64,000 nucleotides of DNA from Nitrospinales bacterium (GCA_965262115.1 OZ253496.1:2016001-2080000), one strand, 5' to 3'. Positions 40,814 through 51,689 are shown, counted from the stretch's first letter. The notes: generated by a model from the letters alone, not told the origin. Translations and numbers: made by a program.

Positions 40814-42484
40814 ATGACTGATAAACCAAAAAGATCTGATGAGTTGACCGACCAAGAACGGGAGTTGTTAAAACCCTACGTCTCGGATGTCGATGCAAAT
40901 GTGTTTGCCCTGGAGAACCTGAATTCGGAAGTGATCGGTGGAGCTCTGGCCCGTTACAGCCGGGCGCCGACCGGATTCAAGGAAACGGTCGTGCGCGAGT
41001 TTTTGAATCCGGATGGCAGTCCCAACGATGTCAAGGGTTCCCAAATGATCGACCGTGTGGTCAACAAGTTTGGCGATGAATCTGTCGCCGAGTTGGCGGT
41101 TGCTCCCTTGTGCATAGAAGAAATCTCCAACCTGATGACCAAGGTCATCGAAGATTGCAGGATAGGCGGTTCGCCCATCGAAGAGTCGACCCGCTATGTT
41201 CTCTACGACGCCAAAAAGAACGGACGCTGGCGTTATGTGTGTCCGAGTAATATCAAGGAGTCCGAACTCGGAAATGCTTTCGTGGCCAACATGGATTTTC
41301 TTTTTGAAACCTATGCGCAGATGGTGGAACCCATGAAGGCGTTGTTTCAAAAGCGCCTGACTCCGGAAGCGTTTGAGATCGAGGTGGAACGCGATGGCAA
41401 GATTCAAAAAGCGGGACGGAAATCCCTTGAAGACGAGAACGAAATCAAGGCGCATCGCATCGCCTACAATTTCACCATCCGCAGTGCGGCGTGCGATGTG
41501 ATCCGCTGTATTCTTCCTGCCTGCACCCAGGCCAATGTCGGGCTGGTGGGCAACGGGCGGTTTTTTTCTGGTCTGATTACCAAACTGCTGTCGCACGATT
41601 TATGCGAAGCGCATGAGCTTGCCGTGTCGATTCGCAAAGCCCTCAATACCCAGATCCCCACTTTCATCAAACGGGCCGGACGAAATGCCTATGTGGCGGA
41701 CAATCACCATGCCATGAGGAATTTGTGCCGGGAACTTTTTGCCTCGGTCGAAATCGAAACCTCCGCCGAAGTGGAGTTGCTGGAAGACAGTCCCGAAGAC
41801 CAGCGGATCAACCTGCTGTCCAATATGATTTTTCCTTATGTCCAGCATTCTTCCTGCCAGATTCGCGCCATCGTGACGTCTTTGCCTGAAGAACGCAAAA
41901 ATCAAATTTTTGCAACCTATATTGGGTCGCGGCAGAGCAAGCGCGACCGCGCCGGCAGGGCGTTGGAATATGGTTATCCCATCCAATTTGATATCCTTGC
42001 CGGATTCGCCGAGTACCGCGACCTGCAACGTCACCGCATGCTCACCCAGCAAAGGCAGGACCTGGGTATCGACCTGGGTTATTCGGTGCCGGAGGAAATT
42101 GACGAGATCGGCATGAGTCAGCAGGTGCAGGAATGTTTCGAGCGCACCGAGTCATTGCACCGTGACCTGAAACGGACCGGGATGAAGCAGGAAGCGCAAT
42201 ATGCTACCCTGTTCAACCACTTCATCCGCTGGAACATGGGCATGAACCTCAGGGAGTTGGGGCATTTTGTTGAACTGCGTACCCAGAAGGCCGGTCACCC
42301 CAAATACCGGCGCACGGCGCAAATGATGGCCGCGCTCTACCTCAAACGCCATCCGGAGATGGAACCGGTTCTCAAATTCGTCGACTACAACGACTACGAT
42401 GGTGGCATCACCCGTGCGGATCAAGAAGCCCGCACGGCCCGCAAAAGCCTCGCCTCCAACCTCTTCGACGACCAAGACTGCTAG
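40814..42484 (+). CDS. thyX: Long, duplicated-domain FAD-dependent thymidylate synthase (ThyX-like)
   Basis: ARYSR, GDESVAEL, EESTRY, DLQRHR, NLRE..HFVELRT. Confidence 0.8.
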   Translation: MTDKPKRSDELTDQERELLKPYVSDVDANVFALENLNSEVIGGALARYSRAPTGFKETVVREFLNPDGSPNDVKGSQMIDRVVNKFGDESVAELAVAPLCIEEISNLMTKVIEDCRIGGSPIEESTRYVLYDAKKNGRWRYVCPSNIKESELGNAFVANMDFLFETYAQMVEPMKALFQKRLTPEAFEIEVERDGKIQKAGRKSLEDENEIKAHRIAYNFTIRSAACDVIRCILPACTQANVGLVGNGRFFSGLITKLLSHDLCEAHELAVSIRKALNTQIPTFIKRAGRNAYVADNHHAMRNLCRELFASVEIETSAEVELLEDSPEDQRINLLSNMIFPYVQHSSCQIRAIVTSLPEERKNQIFATYIGSRQSKRDRAGRALEYGYPIQFDILAGFAEYRDLQRHRMLTQQRQDLGIDLGYSVPEEIDEIGMSQQVQECFERTESLHRDLKRTGMKQEAQYATLFNHFIRWNMGMNLRELGHFVELRTQKAGHPKYRRTAQMMAALYLKRHPEMEPVLKFVDYNDYDGGITRADQEARTARKSLASNLFDDQDC

Positions 42485-42668
42485 CGCAGGGCCAGTGAGC
42501 AATAGCTTTAATTTGCCAGCAAAAGGTATAGGCGGCTTGATGAGCCTTTGCCCAATTGCCTCCCCTGCTAAAGGACGCGCAGGGCCAGTTTGCAACAACC
42601 CGTTGGGCCGCGAACGCCATTGCCAGCGGTCAAAAGATATTGCAAGTTACCAGTGGAGGTGCTCCACG
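42478..42668 (+). repeat. Tandem family H repeats
   Basis: CTGCTAGCGCAG-GGCCAGTGAGCAATAGC... second GGCCAGT ... AAAGATATTGCAAGTTACCAGTGGAGGTGCTCCAC (also seen at 39840-39877). Confidence 0.72.
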
Positions 42669-42756
42669 AGATTTTTAGAAAAATTTATCATTTTATGGTA
42701 GGCTTAGGCCCTTTATTATTCCCCTCCCAACCATTCTTGAATGAGAGATCAAAGCG

Positions 42757-44298
42757 ATGAAAATTGGTGTTCCCAAAGAAGTTCATGTTGGCGAAAAACG
42801 GGTGGCCACCACCCCGGAGGTCGCAAAACAACTTATCAAACTGGGTTTTGAAGTCGCGATTGAGGCAGGTGCCGGTTCGGCCGCCCATTATTCAGATGCT
42901 TCTTACGTCGAAGCGGACGTAACGGTTGTTAAAAATTCCCAGGAGATTTGGACCGAAAGCGACATTATTTTAAAAGTCCGTGCACCGGAGCAGAATAAAG
43001 GCGAAATCGATTTACTGCATGAAAAGCAGATATTGATCACTTTTCTTTGGCCGGCGCAGAATCCGGAATTGCTCCAGAAGCTGGCAGAGAAAAAAGTGAC
43101 GGCTTTGGCGATGGATAGCATCCCGCGCATATCCCGTGCACAAAAAATGGACGCGCTCAGCTCGATGGCGAACATTGCCGGATACCGTGCGATTGTTGAA
43201 GCTGCCCAGCATTTTGGCAGGTTCTTCACCGGGCAGATCACGGCGGCGGGTAAGATTCCTCCTGCTAAAGTCATGGTGATCGGCGCAGGGGTTGCTGGAC
43301 TCTCTGCCATTGGTGCTGCGAAAAGTATGGGTGCCATTGTGAGAGCTTTTGATACCCGACCGGAAGTGAAAGAACAGGTCGAGAGTATGGATGCGGAGTT
43401 CCTGGAACTCGATTTTGAGGAAGAGGGTTCGGGCACCGGCGGTTACGCAAAAGTGATGAGCAAGGAATTTATTGAAGCGGAAATGGCTCTGTTCGCGGAA
43501 CAGGCGAAGGAAGTGGATATTATTATCACCACCGCGCTGATTCCCGGAAAACCAGCACCGGAACTGATTAAAGAAGAAATGGTCGCTTCCATGAAAGACG
43601 GGAGCGTGATTGTAGACCTCGCGGCGGAACAAGGAGGTAACTGCAAGTTAAGCCAGGCGAACGAGGTGGTTCAAGCCTATGGCGTTTCGATCATCGGTTA
43701 CACCGATTTGCCCAGTCGTTTGGCAGGACAGTCCAGCCAGTTATATGCCACGAATTTGCGCCATCTGCTTACGGACATGTGTCCGGATAAAGATGGCAAC
43801 GTGATAGTCGATTTTGATGATGAAGTGGTTCGCGGAGCCACAGTTGTTAAGGATGGAGAGATTACCTGGCCGCCACCTGCACCAAAACTTTCGGCGGCAC
43901 CCCCAAAGGCAGCTGAAAAACCTGCGGAGCCTGTGGAAATCAAGGAAGAGAAACCCTCGGTGGCGGGCCCATTTATCACCTTTGGCGTGGGGGCTCTGGC
44001 CTTGCTTGGCTTGGGTTCCGTCGCACCCGCTTCCTTCATGGCCCACTTTACGGTTTTTGTCCTGGCCTGCTTTGTTGGTTACATGGTCATCTGGAATGTC
44101 AAGGCTGCTTTGCATACGCCGCTCATGAGCGTGACCAATGCTATCAGCAGTATCATTATTATTGGCGCTCTTTTGCAGATCAGTTCGGAAGAAAAGGCGA
44201 TCGTGTGGGTGGCCGGGTTTGCGGTGCTGATTACATCCATTAATATTGCAGGCGGATTCGGGGTAACACGCCGCATGCTCGAAATGTTTCGTAGATAG
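42757..44298 (+). CDS. pntA: NAD(P) transhydrogenase alpha subunit
   Basis: [43 protein letters not shown]. Confidence 0.97.
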   Translation: MKIGVPKEVHVGEKRVATTPEVAKQLIKLGFEVAIEAGAGSAAHYSDASYVEADVTVVKNSQEIWTESDIILKVRAPEQNKGEIDLLHEKQILITFLWPAQNPELLQKLAEKKVTALAMDSIPRISRAQKMDALSSMANIAGYRAIVEAAQHFGRFFTGQITAAGKIPPAKVMVIGAGVAGLSAIGAAKSMGAIVRAFDTRPEVKEQVESMDAEFLELDFEEEGSGTGGYAKVMSKEFIEAEMALFAEQAKEVDIIITTALIPGKPAPELIKEEMVASMKDGSVIVDLAAEQGGNCKLSQANEVVQAYGVSIIGYTDLPSRLAGQSSQLYATNLRHLLTDMCPDKDGNVIVDFDDEVVRGATVVKDGEITWPPPAPKLSAAPPKAAEKPAEPVEIKEEKPSVAGPFITFGVGALALLGLGSVAPASFMAHFTVFVLACFVGYMVIWNVKAALHTPLMSVTNAISSIIIIGALLQISSEEKAIVWVAGFAVLITSINIAGGFGVTRRMLEMFRR

Positions 44299-44309
44299 GA
44301 GGCGAGAAG

Positions 44310-45704
44310 ATGAGTGAAGGTATCGTAACCGCCTCTTATGTCGGGGCAACTATTTTATTTATTCTGGCGTTAGGCGGATTGAGCAATCAGGAAACCGCAA
44401 GGCGCGGTAACCTTTTTGGAATGATCGGCATGGCCGTGGCCCTGCTTGCCACGATGTTCGCCGTGACAGCGAACCTGGAAATTCTCATTGTCGGCATGCT
44501 AATCGGTGCGAGCATCGGCCTGGTTCTGGCCAAGCGGGTGCAGATGACGCAAATGCCCGAACTGGTTGCCATGTTGCACAGTTTCGTAGGGCTGGCGGCG
44601 GTTCTGGTTGGATTTGCTAATTTTATGGACCCGGGACGTTTGCAACATTACACCGGTGTTGAATTGACCATCCACGATGTGGAGACTTATCTGGGAATCC
44701 TCATTGGTGCCATCACCCTGTCAGGTTCTGTCATCGCGTTTGGAAAACTGAGCGGCAAGATCGGCGGTAATCCCATGTTAATTCCGGGTCGGCATTGGTT
44801 CAACCTGGGCCTGCTGCTTGGTTCCATCTATTTCTGTGTCGTATTTGTTGAGCAATCGGCCGCAGGGGGTGGACTCAATCCTCTGTTGATCATGACAGGA
44901 ATCGCGTTGTTGTTCGGGATTCATATGGTCATGGCTATCGGCGGTGCCGACATGCCGGTTGTGGTTTCCATGCTCAACAGTTATTCCGGCTGGGCTGCTG
45001 CTGCTACCGGTTTCATGCTCAATAACGACCTGCTCATTGTCACTGGCGCGCTGGTCGGCAGTAGTGGTGCTATCCTCAGTTACATCATGTGCCGGGCGAT
45101 GAACCGTAAGTTTCTGGCGGTTATTGCTGGCGGATTCGGCACGACAACAGGGAGGGGTTCCGCTTCAGCTGAAGAGCAGGGTGAAGTGGTCGCGTTGCAA
45201 GCTCCCGAAGTTGCCAACCTGTTGGCGGATTCTAAAGAAATCATGATCATTCCGGGTTATGGCATGGCGGTGGCGCAGGCACAACATATCGTCAATGAAA
45301 TCACCAAAACTCTCAGTTCCAAAAAAATAAATGTGCGTTTTGGCATTCATCCTGTTGCGGGGCGAATGCCGGGGCATATGAACGTCTTGCTGGCGGAAGC
45401 CAAGGTGCCTTACGACATCGTTTTTGAAATGGATGAAATTAATGACGACTTTCCCGACATTGATGTTTCCATCGTCATCGGCGCCAACGACATTGTCAAT
45501 CCTTCTGCGCAAACCGATCCGGACAGTCCGATTGCCGGTATGCCGGTTATGGAATGTTGGAAAAGTAAAACCACCATCGTGCTGAAACGGAGTATGGCGA
45601 CCGGTTATGCAGGGGTGCAGAACCCATTGTTCTTTAAAGAGAACACGCGCATGTTGTTTGGCGATGCCCGAACCAGTCTGGATGAGGTTTTCAAAAACCT
45701 TTAA
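44310..45704 (+). CDS. pntB: NAD(P) transhydrogenase beta subunit
   Basis: [39 protein letters not shown]. Confidence 0.97.
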   Translation: MSEGIVTASYVGATILFILALGGLSNQETARRGNLFGMIGMAVALLATMFAVTANLEILIVGMLIGASIGLVLAKRVQMTQMPELVAMLHSFVGLAAVLVGFANFMDPGRLQHYTGVELTIHDVETYLGILIGAITLSGSVIAFGKLSGKIGGNPMLIPGRHWFNLGLLLGSIYFCVVFVEQSAAGGGLNPLLIMTGIALLFGIHMVMAIGGADMPVVVSMLNSYSGWAAAATGFMLNNDLLIVTGALVGSSGAILSYIMCRAMNRKFLAVIAGGFGTTTGRGSASAEEQGEVVALQAPEVANLLADSKEIMIIPGYGMAVAQAQHIVNEITKTLSSKKINVRFGIHPVAGRMPGHMNVLLAEAKVPYDIVFEMDEINDDFPDIDVSIVIGANDIVNPSAQTDPDSPIAGMPVMECWKSKTTIVLKRSMATGYAGVQNPLFFKENTRMLFGDARTSLDEVFKNL

Positions 45705-45858
45705 AGGGTGGGTGCCAAAAGAAATGTCCGCTGGAGCCAGAATATTTTCCCGGACGGAAACCTCCGGGAATAGTTTTGGGCTCTATAGATTTTCCCTTCT
45801 GTTTTATTAGCGATCAGCAAATCACCCTCCCGGTTCCAATCTATGCCATAAGGATTGT

Positions 45859-46176
45859 ATGCCCAAAGCGCACAGTAAAAATGAAATTTATATGGGTATG
45901 GTGTTGATGGGCGCCACCGGACTGGCTATGGGCTGGGTGATACACAGCCCGCTTCTAATGACTATTTCAGGACTCTTGGGATTGGTGGTTGGTGGATTTA
46001 TAGGTTGGCTGGGCGGTCGGCGTTATATGTTCATCATCTGTCTGGGAATTTTGATCGGTGCTTTTTTTGGCTATCGCACCGGCGATCAGGATATTCTCAT
46101 CATTGCCGCAGGAAGCGGCGGCGCCATCGCCGGGTTCATGGGAGCGCAAATAGAACAGTTTTTCAACCGCCACTAG
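45859..46176 (+). CDS. Small glycine-rich membrane protein
   Basis: Four Gly-rich hydrophobic segments. Confidence 0.65.
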   Translation: MPKAHSKNEIYMGMVLMGATGLAMGWVIHSPLLMTISGLLGLVVGGFIGWLGGRRYMFIICLGILIGAFFGYRTGDQDILIIAAGSGGAIAGFMGAQIEQFFNRH

Positions 46177-46343
46177 GCGCCAGCGTGGCGCTGGACTCAT
46201 TGGGAAATAACTCTTTGTGGCACGATTCCCACCGGGCGTGGCCCGGCGGTTAGCGGAACACGGGGTTCCGCTTTCACAAGACCAATACAATCAATGCGTT
46301 ACCAAAGGTCAAGCAGAAAGGCGAGAAAAAACAGGGCGTTACA

Positions 46344-47414
46344 TTAGGAGGAATAAAATGAGGAGGCTTTATATTGCACAATACCCCGCGACATGAGGAC
46401 ATTGAGGACAGCGACTCCGGGAACACCCAGTATCATGCCCGCAAGTCCAAACAGTTCTCCGCCTAGCAAAACGGCCAGGATCACGGCTACCGGGTGGAGC
46501 CCGATGTTATCACCCACCACGCGGGGTGTGATGACCATGCCTTCCAGAGCTTGGACCACGCCGAAGACACCGGCGACAGCCAGCACCGGCACCCACTCCT
46601 GAGTATGCATAAAAGTCAAAAGCGCAGAGGGCACAAAACCCAAAACCAGTCCCAGATAAGGAACCAGGTTGACCAGCCCCGCCATCATTCCCAGCGACAG
46701 GCTCATCGGGGTGTCGCACAAAAACAGACCGATCGAATACATTGTTCCCATCAAACCAGCGACTACTAACTGCCCACGCACAAAACGCGAGAGCACCTGG
46801 TCAATTTCCAGAACAATGTCTTTGGTTTTTTCCTGAAACCGGGGCGGCACCAGTTTTAATAATTTTTCATTGATCGAGTCAAAATCACGCAGCAAATAAA
46901 ACATCACCACAGGAATGATCACCAGATTGGCAAACATCAGAATAATATTGAACAGGTTTGAAATCGACCCCCAGATAAATTTACCGGAAAACTGCAGGAT
47001 CTTCATTGGCAGTTCCCCAAAACGCGACAGCCCTTCATTGACAAACTCTTCAACCTTTGCAGGATCTAATCCGCTGATCATATCCAGGATTGGACGAAAC
47101 CATTTCTGGAAGATTCCAATATAGGTGGGTATATTTTTTGCGAGACTTTCCGCCTGCATGCTAAAAATCGGTACCAGTAAAAGTCCAGCACCCACCGCCA
47201 GAAAGAAAAAAGCCAGCATCAAGACCAAAACGGAAAGGGTTCTTGAAAGCTTAAAAGAAACCAACCGATCTACCAGGGGGTCCAGCAGGTAAGCCAGCGC
47301 AAACGCGATAAAAAAGGGAGCCACGACGCGGCGAGAAAAATAAAGCGCAACGCAGATTCCCAGAGTCACTGCAAAAGAAATAAATAACAGGTTTTTATTT
47401 TTTTCCTGATTCAT
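46344..47414 (-). CDS. AI-2E family transporter
   Basis: AYLLDPLV, FYLLRD, FVRGQL, VPYLG, GLHPV. Confidence 0.92.
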   Translation of the reverse strand: MNQEKNKNLLFISFAVTLGICVALYFSRRVVAPFFIAFALAYLLDPLVDRLVSFKLSRTLSVLVLMLAFFFLAVGAGLLLVPIFSMQAESLAKNIPTYIGIFQKWFRPILDMISGLDPAKVEEFVNEGLSRFGELPMKILQFSGKFIWGSISNLFNIILMFANLVIIPVVMFYLLRDFDSINEKLLKLVPPRFQEKTKDIVLEIDQVLSRFVRGQLVVAGLMGTMYSIGLFLCDTPMSLSLGMMAGLVNLVPYLGLVLGFVPSALLTFMHTQEWVPVLAVAGVFGVVQALEGMVITPRVVGDNIGLHPVAVILAVLLGGELFGLAGMILGVPGVAVLNVLMSRGIVQYKASSFYSS

Positions 47415-47493
47415 TTTTACAGGGCCTCTATTTATTCGGTAATTTTTCCTTGGGCAACTCGCAGGCCCTTATTTCATAAGGGCCGATCATGGC

Positions 47494-47532
47494 TGTTATA
47501 TTCTTCATCAGCTTTCATGCCCCATAGGGGTA
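47494..47532 (+). repeat. Micro-element copy
   Basis: TGTTATATTCTTCATCAGCTTTCATGCCCCATAGGGGTA. Confidence 0.72.
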
Positions 47533-47557
47533 CAAAAACAATTTTTAAAGATACCCT

Positions 47558-48532
47558 TTACATGTCCGACATAGATAACGGCGGAGCTTCAGGAACCTTC
47601 TTCACCGGCGCCTCCGCTCCTTTTTCCCGATAACGGTGGAATGAAGGGACAAGAAAATCTGCAAGCTTTTTACTGGCAATGTTAAAAGCTTCCAGTTCCG
47701 CCTGCAAAGCCTGCGCATGCTTGATCGTGGAAAACTCTGCCTTGGCCGCGATCAACGATGACTCCAAAGTCGACACCATTTTGATGCTGATATTGGCTTG
47801 AACCGTTTTGGTGTTCTCTTTCGCATTTTTTCCGCGCAGGCGGGACACAGCCGTACCCACGATAACGATATCAGCGTCCGCTTTCAACCCAATACTCTTT
47901 GCAGATTTAAGATCGCCCTTGATGGCTTTGAGGACGGTTGTTTCAGAAATTATTTCGCGCAGTTGTTCTCGGCCTATCACTTCTATTCCTTCCTCCATCA
48001 GGTTTTTGGTCAACTGGGTTTCTGAAATTGGAAAGATGTCCCAAAAAGAATTGACCGGAGCAGAAGTAAAACTTTTCTCTTTTATCAGCACAGCCACTTT
48101 ATTTTCACTGATCGGACCGGCAATCACCCCCAACCCTGCCAAGGCCTGGCTCACCGCAGAGGAAAAAAAACGCATTTCCAATCTCACCTCACTGGTTTGA
48201 TTGACCATGTCATCATAGGCTTCTACAAAGCGATAGCTTTTTACATAACGAGAAGAACGCCGCATAATTTTCCGGAGGTCTCTCTGGCTGGCTTCAAACT
48301 CCTCATCCCCCATCATTTCTTTCAACGCTTCTTCCAGGCCATTCTTCAGAGCCAGGTTCACGGCTTTTTCCCGGGCGACCACATAGTTTTCCCCTTTTGC
48401 TTGAACGGTTGCGGAACCCTCGTAAACATCGCCCATCTTTTGTTGCGCAAACACTTCGGCATTAAAAAATCCGCCAACAGTAAAGAGCCAGAAACCCAGC
48501 AGAAGAGACGGAACCCATCTCGTCATGTTCAT
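47558..48532 (-). CDS. Exported hypothetical protein (possibly FlgT-N / CsgG-like fold)
   Basis: Signal peptide; AREKAVNLAL..., ADADIVIVG. Confidence 0.6.
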   Translation of the reverse strand: MNMTRWVPSLLLGFWLFTVGGFFNAEVFAQQKMGDVYEGSATVQAKGENYVVAREKAVNLALKNGLEEALKEMMGDEEFEASQRDLRKIMRRSSRYVKSYRFVEAYDDMVNQTSEVRLEMRFFSSAVSQALAGLGVIAGPISENKVAVLIKEKSFTSAPVNSFWDIFPISETQLTKNLMEEGIEVIGREQLREIISETTVLKAIKGDLKSAKSIGLKADADIVIVGTAVSRLRGKNAKENTKTVQANISIKMVSTLESSLIAAKAEFSTIKHAQALQAELEAFNIASKKLADFLVPSFHRYREKGAEAPVKKVPEAPPLSMSDM

Positions 48533-49293
48533 GCCCTCTTCTTTCGTCGCGCCTTAACGGGTTCAGGCTCATTCATGACAAGTTTTTTCAACGATTTAAT
48601 TTCTTTGGAACTGAGAAATCGGCAGGCCCCCAGGGGAAGACCTGTCAGGTTTAATCCTGCAAAGTGGGTGCGCTGGAGTTTGATCACCGGGTGGCCGATA
48701 TGCTCACACACTTTTTTGATATGATGGTTTTTGCCTTCCACCAGCGTTAAAATGAGGAAGCAGTTTTTGCCGCTGACCCTTCCCACCTTTGCCTCCATAG
48801 GCTTGAACTTGCTGTCTTCAAGATGCACCCCCCGGGCCAGCCTTTTTAAGGTTTTTTCATTCGGCACTCCCGACACCTTGACCTTATAGGTGCGGGGCAC
48901 CGCATACTTGGGGTCCAGCAGTTTCTTTGCAAGCAGGCCATCATTGGTGAACAGCAATGCGCCCTGGGTATTGTAATCCAGACGGCCGACGGGAAAAACC
49001 CGGGCCTCCACCACCCGAACATATTCCATAACAGTGGTTCGCCCCCGCTTGTCATCATTCATCGTGGTCAGGCAACCCGTAGGCTTGTTCAAAATAACGT
49101 AGGCCGATTCCTGGCGGCGGGGAATCAGTTTTCCCTGCACCCTGATAGGGTCCTTGACCGGATCGGCCAGAGACCCCAACTTAATCACAACCTGATCGTT
49201 CACACGAACCTTACCCTGCTCAATCCATCTTTCCGCTTCACGGCGAGAAGCAAGCCCGGCATCGGCAATTATTTTTTGCAAACGAATTTTCAT
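48529..49293 (-). CDS. rluB: RluB-like pseudouridine synthase
   Basis: RLQKIIADAGLASRR (S4 domain), PVGRLDY; next to scpB. Confidence 0.88.
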   Translation of the reverse strand: MKIRLQKIIADAGLASRREAERWIEQGKVRVNDQVVIKLGSLADPVKDPIRVQGKLIPRRQESAYVILNKPTGCLTTMNDDKRGRTTVMEYVRVVEARVFPVGRLDYNTQGALLFTNDGLLAKKLLDPKYAVPRTYKVKVSGVPNEKTLKRLARGVHLEDSKFKPMEAKVGRVSGKNCFLILTLVEGKNHHIKKVCEHIGHPVIKLQRTHFAGLNLTGLPLGACRFLSSKEIKSLKKLVMNEPEPVKARRKKRA

Positions 49294-49319
49294 GATACAG
49301 GGAAAAAATTAAAGAGAGG

Positions 49320-49404
49320 GCGGAGAACCTCCGCTGGTAACTGGCAATATCTTTATCTTGCGCGCAAACGCTTTCTCGGCATAACTTGCCTCCCTCGCTA
49401 GAGG
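49320..49404 (+). repeat. Family H repeat
   Basis: GCGGAGAACCTCCGC..GCAATATCTTT..TCTCGGC..CCTCGCTAGAGG overlapping the scpB stop. Confidence 0.72.
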
Positions 49405-50018
49405 GCACCGTCTTCAATGTCAGACTCGGCCTCGCTGGTCGAGGCCTCGGAAGCCGAGAATTCGATTTGAGTTTGAAGTGGAGGATCTTCCCCTTCCAGC
49501 TCTTCCCTCAAATCTTCCAGCGTGGGTAAATCGCTCAAATCCTTCAGGCCAAAATACTCGAGGAATTTTTGTGTCGTCCGATACATGATGGGTCGGCCCG
49601 GAACTTTTTTCCTGCCAGCTGGGCTAATCACTTTTTTCTCTAAAAGGGTCTTGAGCACACCGCTTGAGTCCACCCCGCGGATTTCATCCACCTCCTGACG
49701 GGTGAGCGGTTGCTTGTAGGCAATGATCGACAGGGTATCCAGACTGGGTTGAGACAACCGGGTAGAGCGATCAAGTTTCAGGAACTTCCTGATAAAATCG
49801 TTGTATTCATGCCGGGTGCAAAGCTGATAACCATCCGCCACTTCGGTGATCTGCAAGTTGCGCGAGTTATACTCTTCCCTCAATTCGTCAAGAATGGATT
49901 GCAGTTGACCTTTATCGGTTCCATCCAGGAAAATTTTGCAAAGTTCACTGGCATTGATCGGCTGGTCTGCCGCCAAAAGAATATTCTCAACAATCGATTT
50001 TAATTCTTCATGTTCCAT
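49398..50018 (-). CDS. scpB: SMC-Scp complex subunit ScpB
   Basis: TLSIIAYKQP.TR.EVDEIRGV, PGRP.MY.TT.KFL..FGL. Confidence 0.95.
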   Translation of the reverse strand: MEHEELKSIVENILLAADQPINASELCKIFLDGTDKGQLQSILDELREEYNSRNLQITEVADGYQLCTRHEYNDFIRKFLKLDRSTRLSQPSLDTLSIIAYKQPLTRQEVDEIRGVDSSGVLKTLLEKKVISPAGRKKVPGRPIMYRTTQKFLEYFGLKDLSDLPTLEDLREELEGEDPPLQTQIEFSASEASTSEAESDIEDGAL

Positions 50019-50073
50019 ATTTATTCCAGAGTTACCAAAGCCATCCACTCTAGCAGGCTACTGCCTCCATGAT

Positions 50074-50180
50074 CGTCACCCTAAGTTTATCGAAGGGTGC
50101 GTGAACAACAGGCGAGATGCTTCGACATACCCCTTTGGGGCAAGAAGGCAAAGGTTAATTCCCACTAGCTCAGCATGACA
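50074..50180. repeat. Inverted REP-like pair with a micro-element (50128-50165, minus strand)
   Basis: GTCACCCTAAGTTTATCGAAGGG ... GATGCTTCGACA[TACCCCTTTGGGGCA..CCCAC]TAGCTCAGCATGAC. Confidence 0.72.
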
Positions 50181-50199
50181 TCCATGAAAATTCCCATTC

Positions 50200-50260
50200 A
50201 GCAGAGACAACTCTTTGCTCGCCAAATAAAGCGAAGGCACACTGGCCCCACGCCTAGTGG
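50200..50260 (-). repeat. Family H repeat overlapping the dcd stop
   Basis: GAGACAACTCTTTGC..CACTGGCCCCACGCCTAGTGG. Confidence 0.75.
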
Positions 50261-51435
50261 TCGGGGTAGAAGTATTTGCTCAACGCCAAGCCTTGCGAGT
50301 GGTAATTCGAGTTCAAGGACCGACCATACAACTTTTCGGGTCGTTCCACCACTTTTTCAAACTTCAGACGGCAGAAGGTCTGACCATCCTCTACCATAAA
50401 AGGTACGTCATGGGGGCGCACTTCCATCACCGCCCGGGTACCCTGATTCATGAGCTCATCCGTTCCGTTCCAACCAAACCCGGAGTCGAAAAAACCTGCG
50501 TAATGAGTGCGAAGTTCTCCACTGTTGGGTTCATAAGCAATCATTTCCGCCAGCCAGTCGGGCCAGATGCACACTCTTTCCTTCGACATCATTATATAGA
50601 AACTTTCCGGCTCCAGAATCAACCTATTCTTTTTGTTTTTGTAAATTGGCTCCCAGAAGTCATCCGCCCGATAGTGCCGGATTTTGGAAAGATCAATAAC
50701 CGTTGAATTGGTCTTGGCCTTGTAGGCGATGATCGATTCCGGCTGGTCCCCTGCAACATCCACGCTGACATAAACCCCTTCCTCTACCTTCACCTCATCG
50801 ACAGGAATGGAGAATCCGTTTCGATCAAATAAAATAGGATTTGTCTTATATTTGATCACCAACTTCTTTTTATCCAGACTCTGCGATATGACATGCGCGA
50901 TACGCAACTGGTTGAGCGACAACCCGGTGTGTATCTTCACCGGAAAAGAGCGGGGAAGGATTTCCAGATACAGCCTTCCCCGGTAACCGCGCGGGATCTC
51001 ATCAAACCGATGCCCCTTATCCACAATGACACGGGTGAACATATCCAGCCTGCCGGTCGAACTTTTTGGGTTGGCTAAACCATATAGGGAAGACGGTAGA
51101 GCCAGCTCTTCCATCAGAGGAATCAGATAAATGGCGTTTTTTTCCAATATCCCGCCATCGGTAATATCAAAATCGTAAAGCGTGACCTCCTTGAGCTTCG
51201 TTTCCACCTTTTCATTTTCCGGGAGGAAACTGCATTGGATTCGGTAGGCCTTGGGCCCAAGCCGCAAATCCAGGCTCACGGGCTGAATCTGCGAGGCTTC
51301 GACCGGCTCCTGGGAGCGGATTATTCCCTGACGGTACGCCTGCTCAATCAACTGGCAAGGGAGATATCCGGACTTCCTCTTCAAATAAGCCATCAGGTCC
51401 GCTTCCAATATTTTACCTTCTGTTGTGGAGTTCAT
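50254..51435 (-). CDS. dcd: 2'-deoxycytidine 5'-triphosphate deaminase (long two-domain type)
   Basis: QIQPVSLDLRLG, NPKSSTGRLD, HYAGFFDSGFG. Confidence 0.88.
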   Translation of the reverse strand: MNSTTEGKILEADLMAYLKRKSGYLPCQLIEQAYRQGIIRSQEPVEASQIQPVSLDLRLGPKAYRIQCSFLPENEKVETKLKEVTLYDFDITDGGILEKNAIYLIPLMEELALPSSLYGLANPKSSTGRLDMFTRVIVDKGHRFDEIPRGYRGRLYLEILPRSFPVKIHTGLSLNQLRIAHVISQSLDKKKLVIKYKTNPILFDRNGFSIPVDEVKVEEGVYVSVDVAGDQPESIIAYKAKTNSTVIDLSKIRHYRADDFWEPIYKNKKNRLILEPESFYIMMSKERVCIWPDWLAEMIAYEPNSGELRTHYAGFFDSGFGWNGTDELMNQGTRAVMEVRPHDVPFMVEDGQTFCRLKFEKVVERPEKLYGRSLNSNYHSQGLALSKYFYPDH

Positions 51436-51689
51436 TAAAATCAAAGAGTTTATGATGCTGTTGGAAAACCTGCCCCAAAAACCATTTTCAGCAAAGAAAC
51501 TGCCCTTTGCCGCCTTTTCATTGGGTCCACCCGGTTGACAGGCAGTTTGAGGCTATGATTTAATCGTATTACTCAAAATAATTCAACCTGATTATTCTAA
51601 ATCAAAGGAATAAAAATCCTTTTCAGGCGATCTTTAAAAGATTGGTCTTTTAATAACAGTTTCATCCCAAGCAAGGTTCCAAAAAAACT

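Noticed and set aside
40241..44349. Long antisense ORFs over the FGE gene, thyX and pntA (and similar ones elsewhere)
   Set aside because: Shadow ORFs opposite well-supported genes, with no recognisable motifs.
3548..50165. Recurring 38-41 bp hairpin units as CRISPR repeats
   Set aside because: Dispersed, in both orientations, with no regular spacers and no cas genes.
448..50260. Family H repeats as attC sites or intrinsic terminators
   Set aside because: They lack RYYYAAC/GTTRRRY ends and U-tracts, and they flank housekeeping genes.
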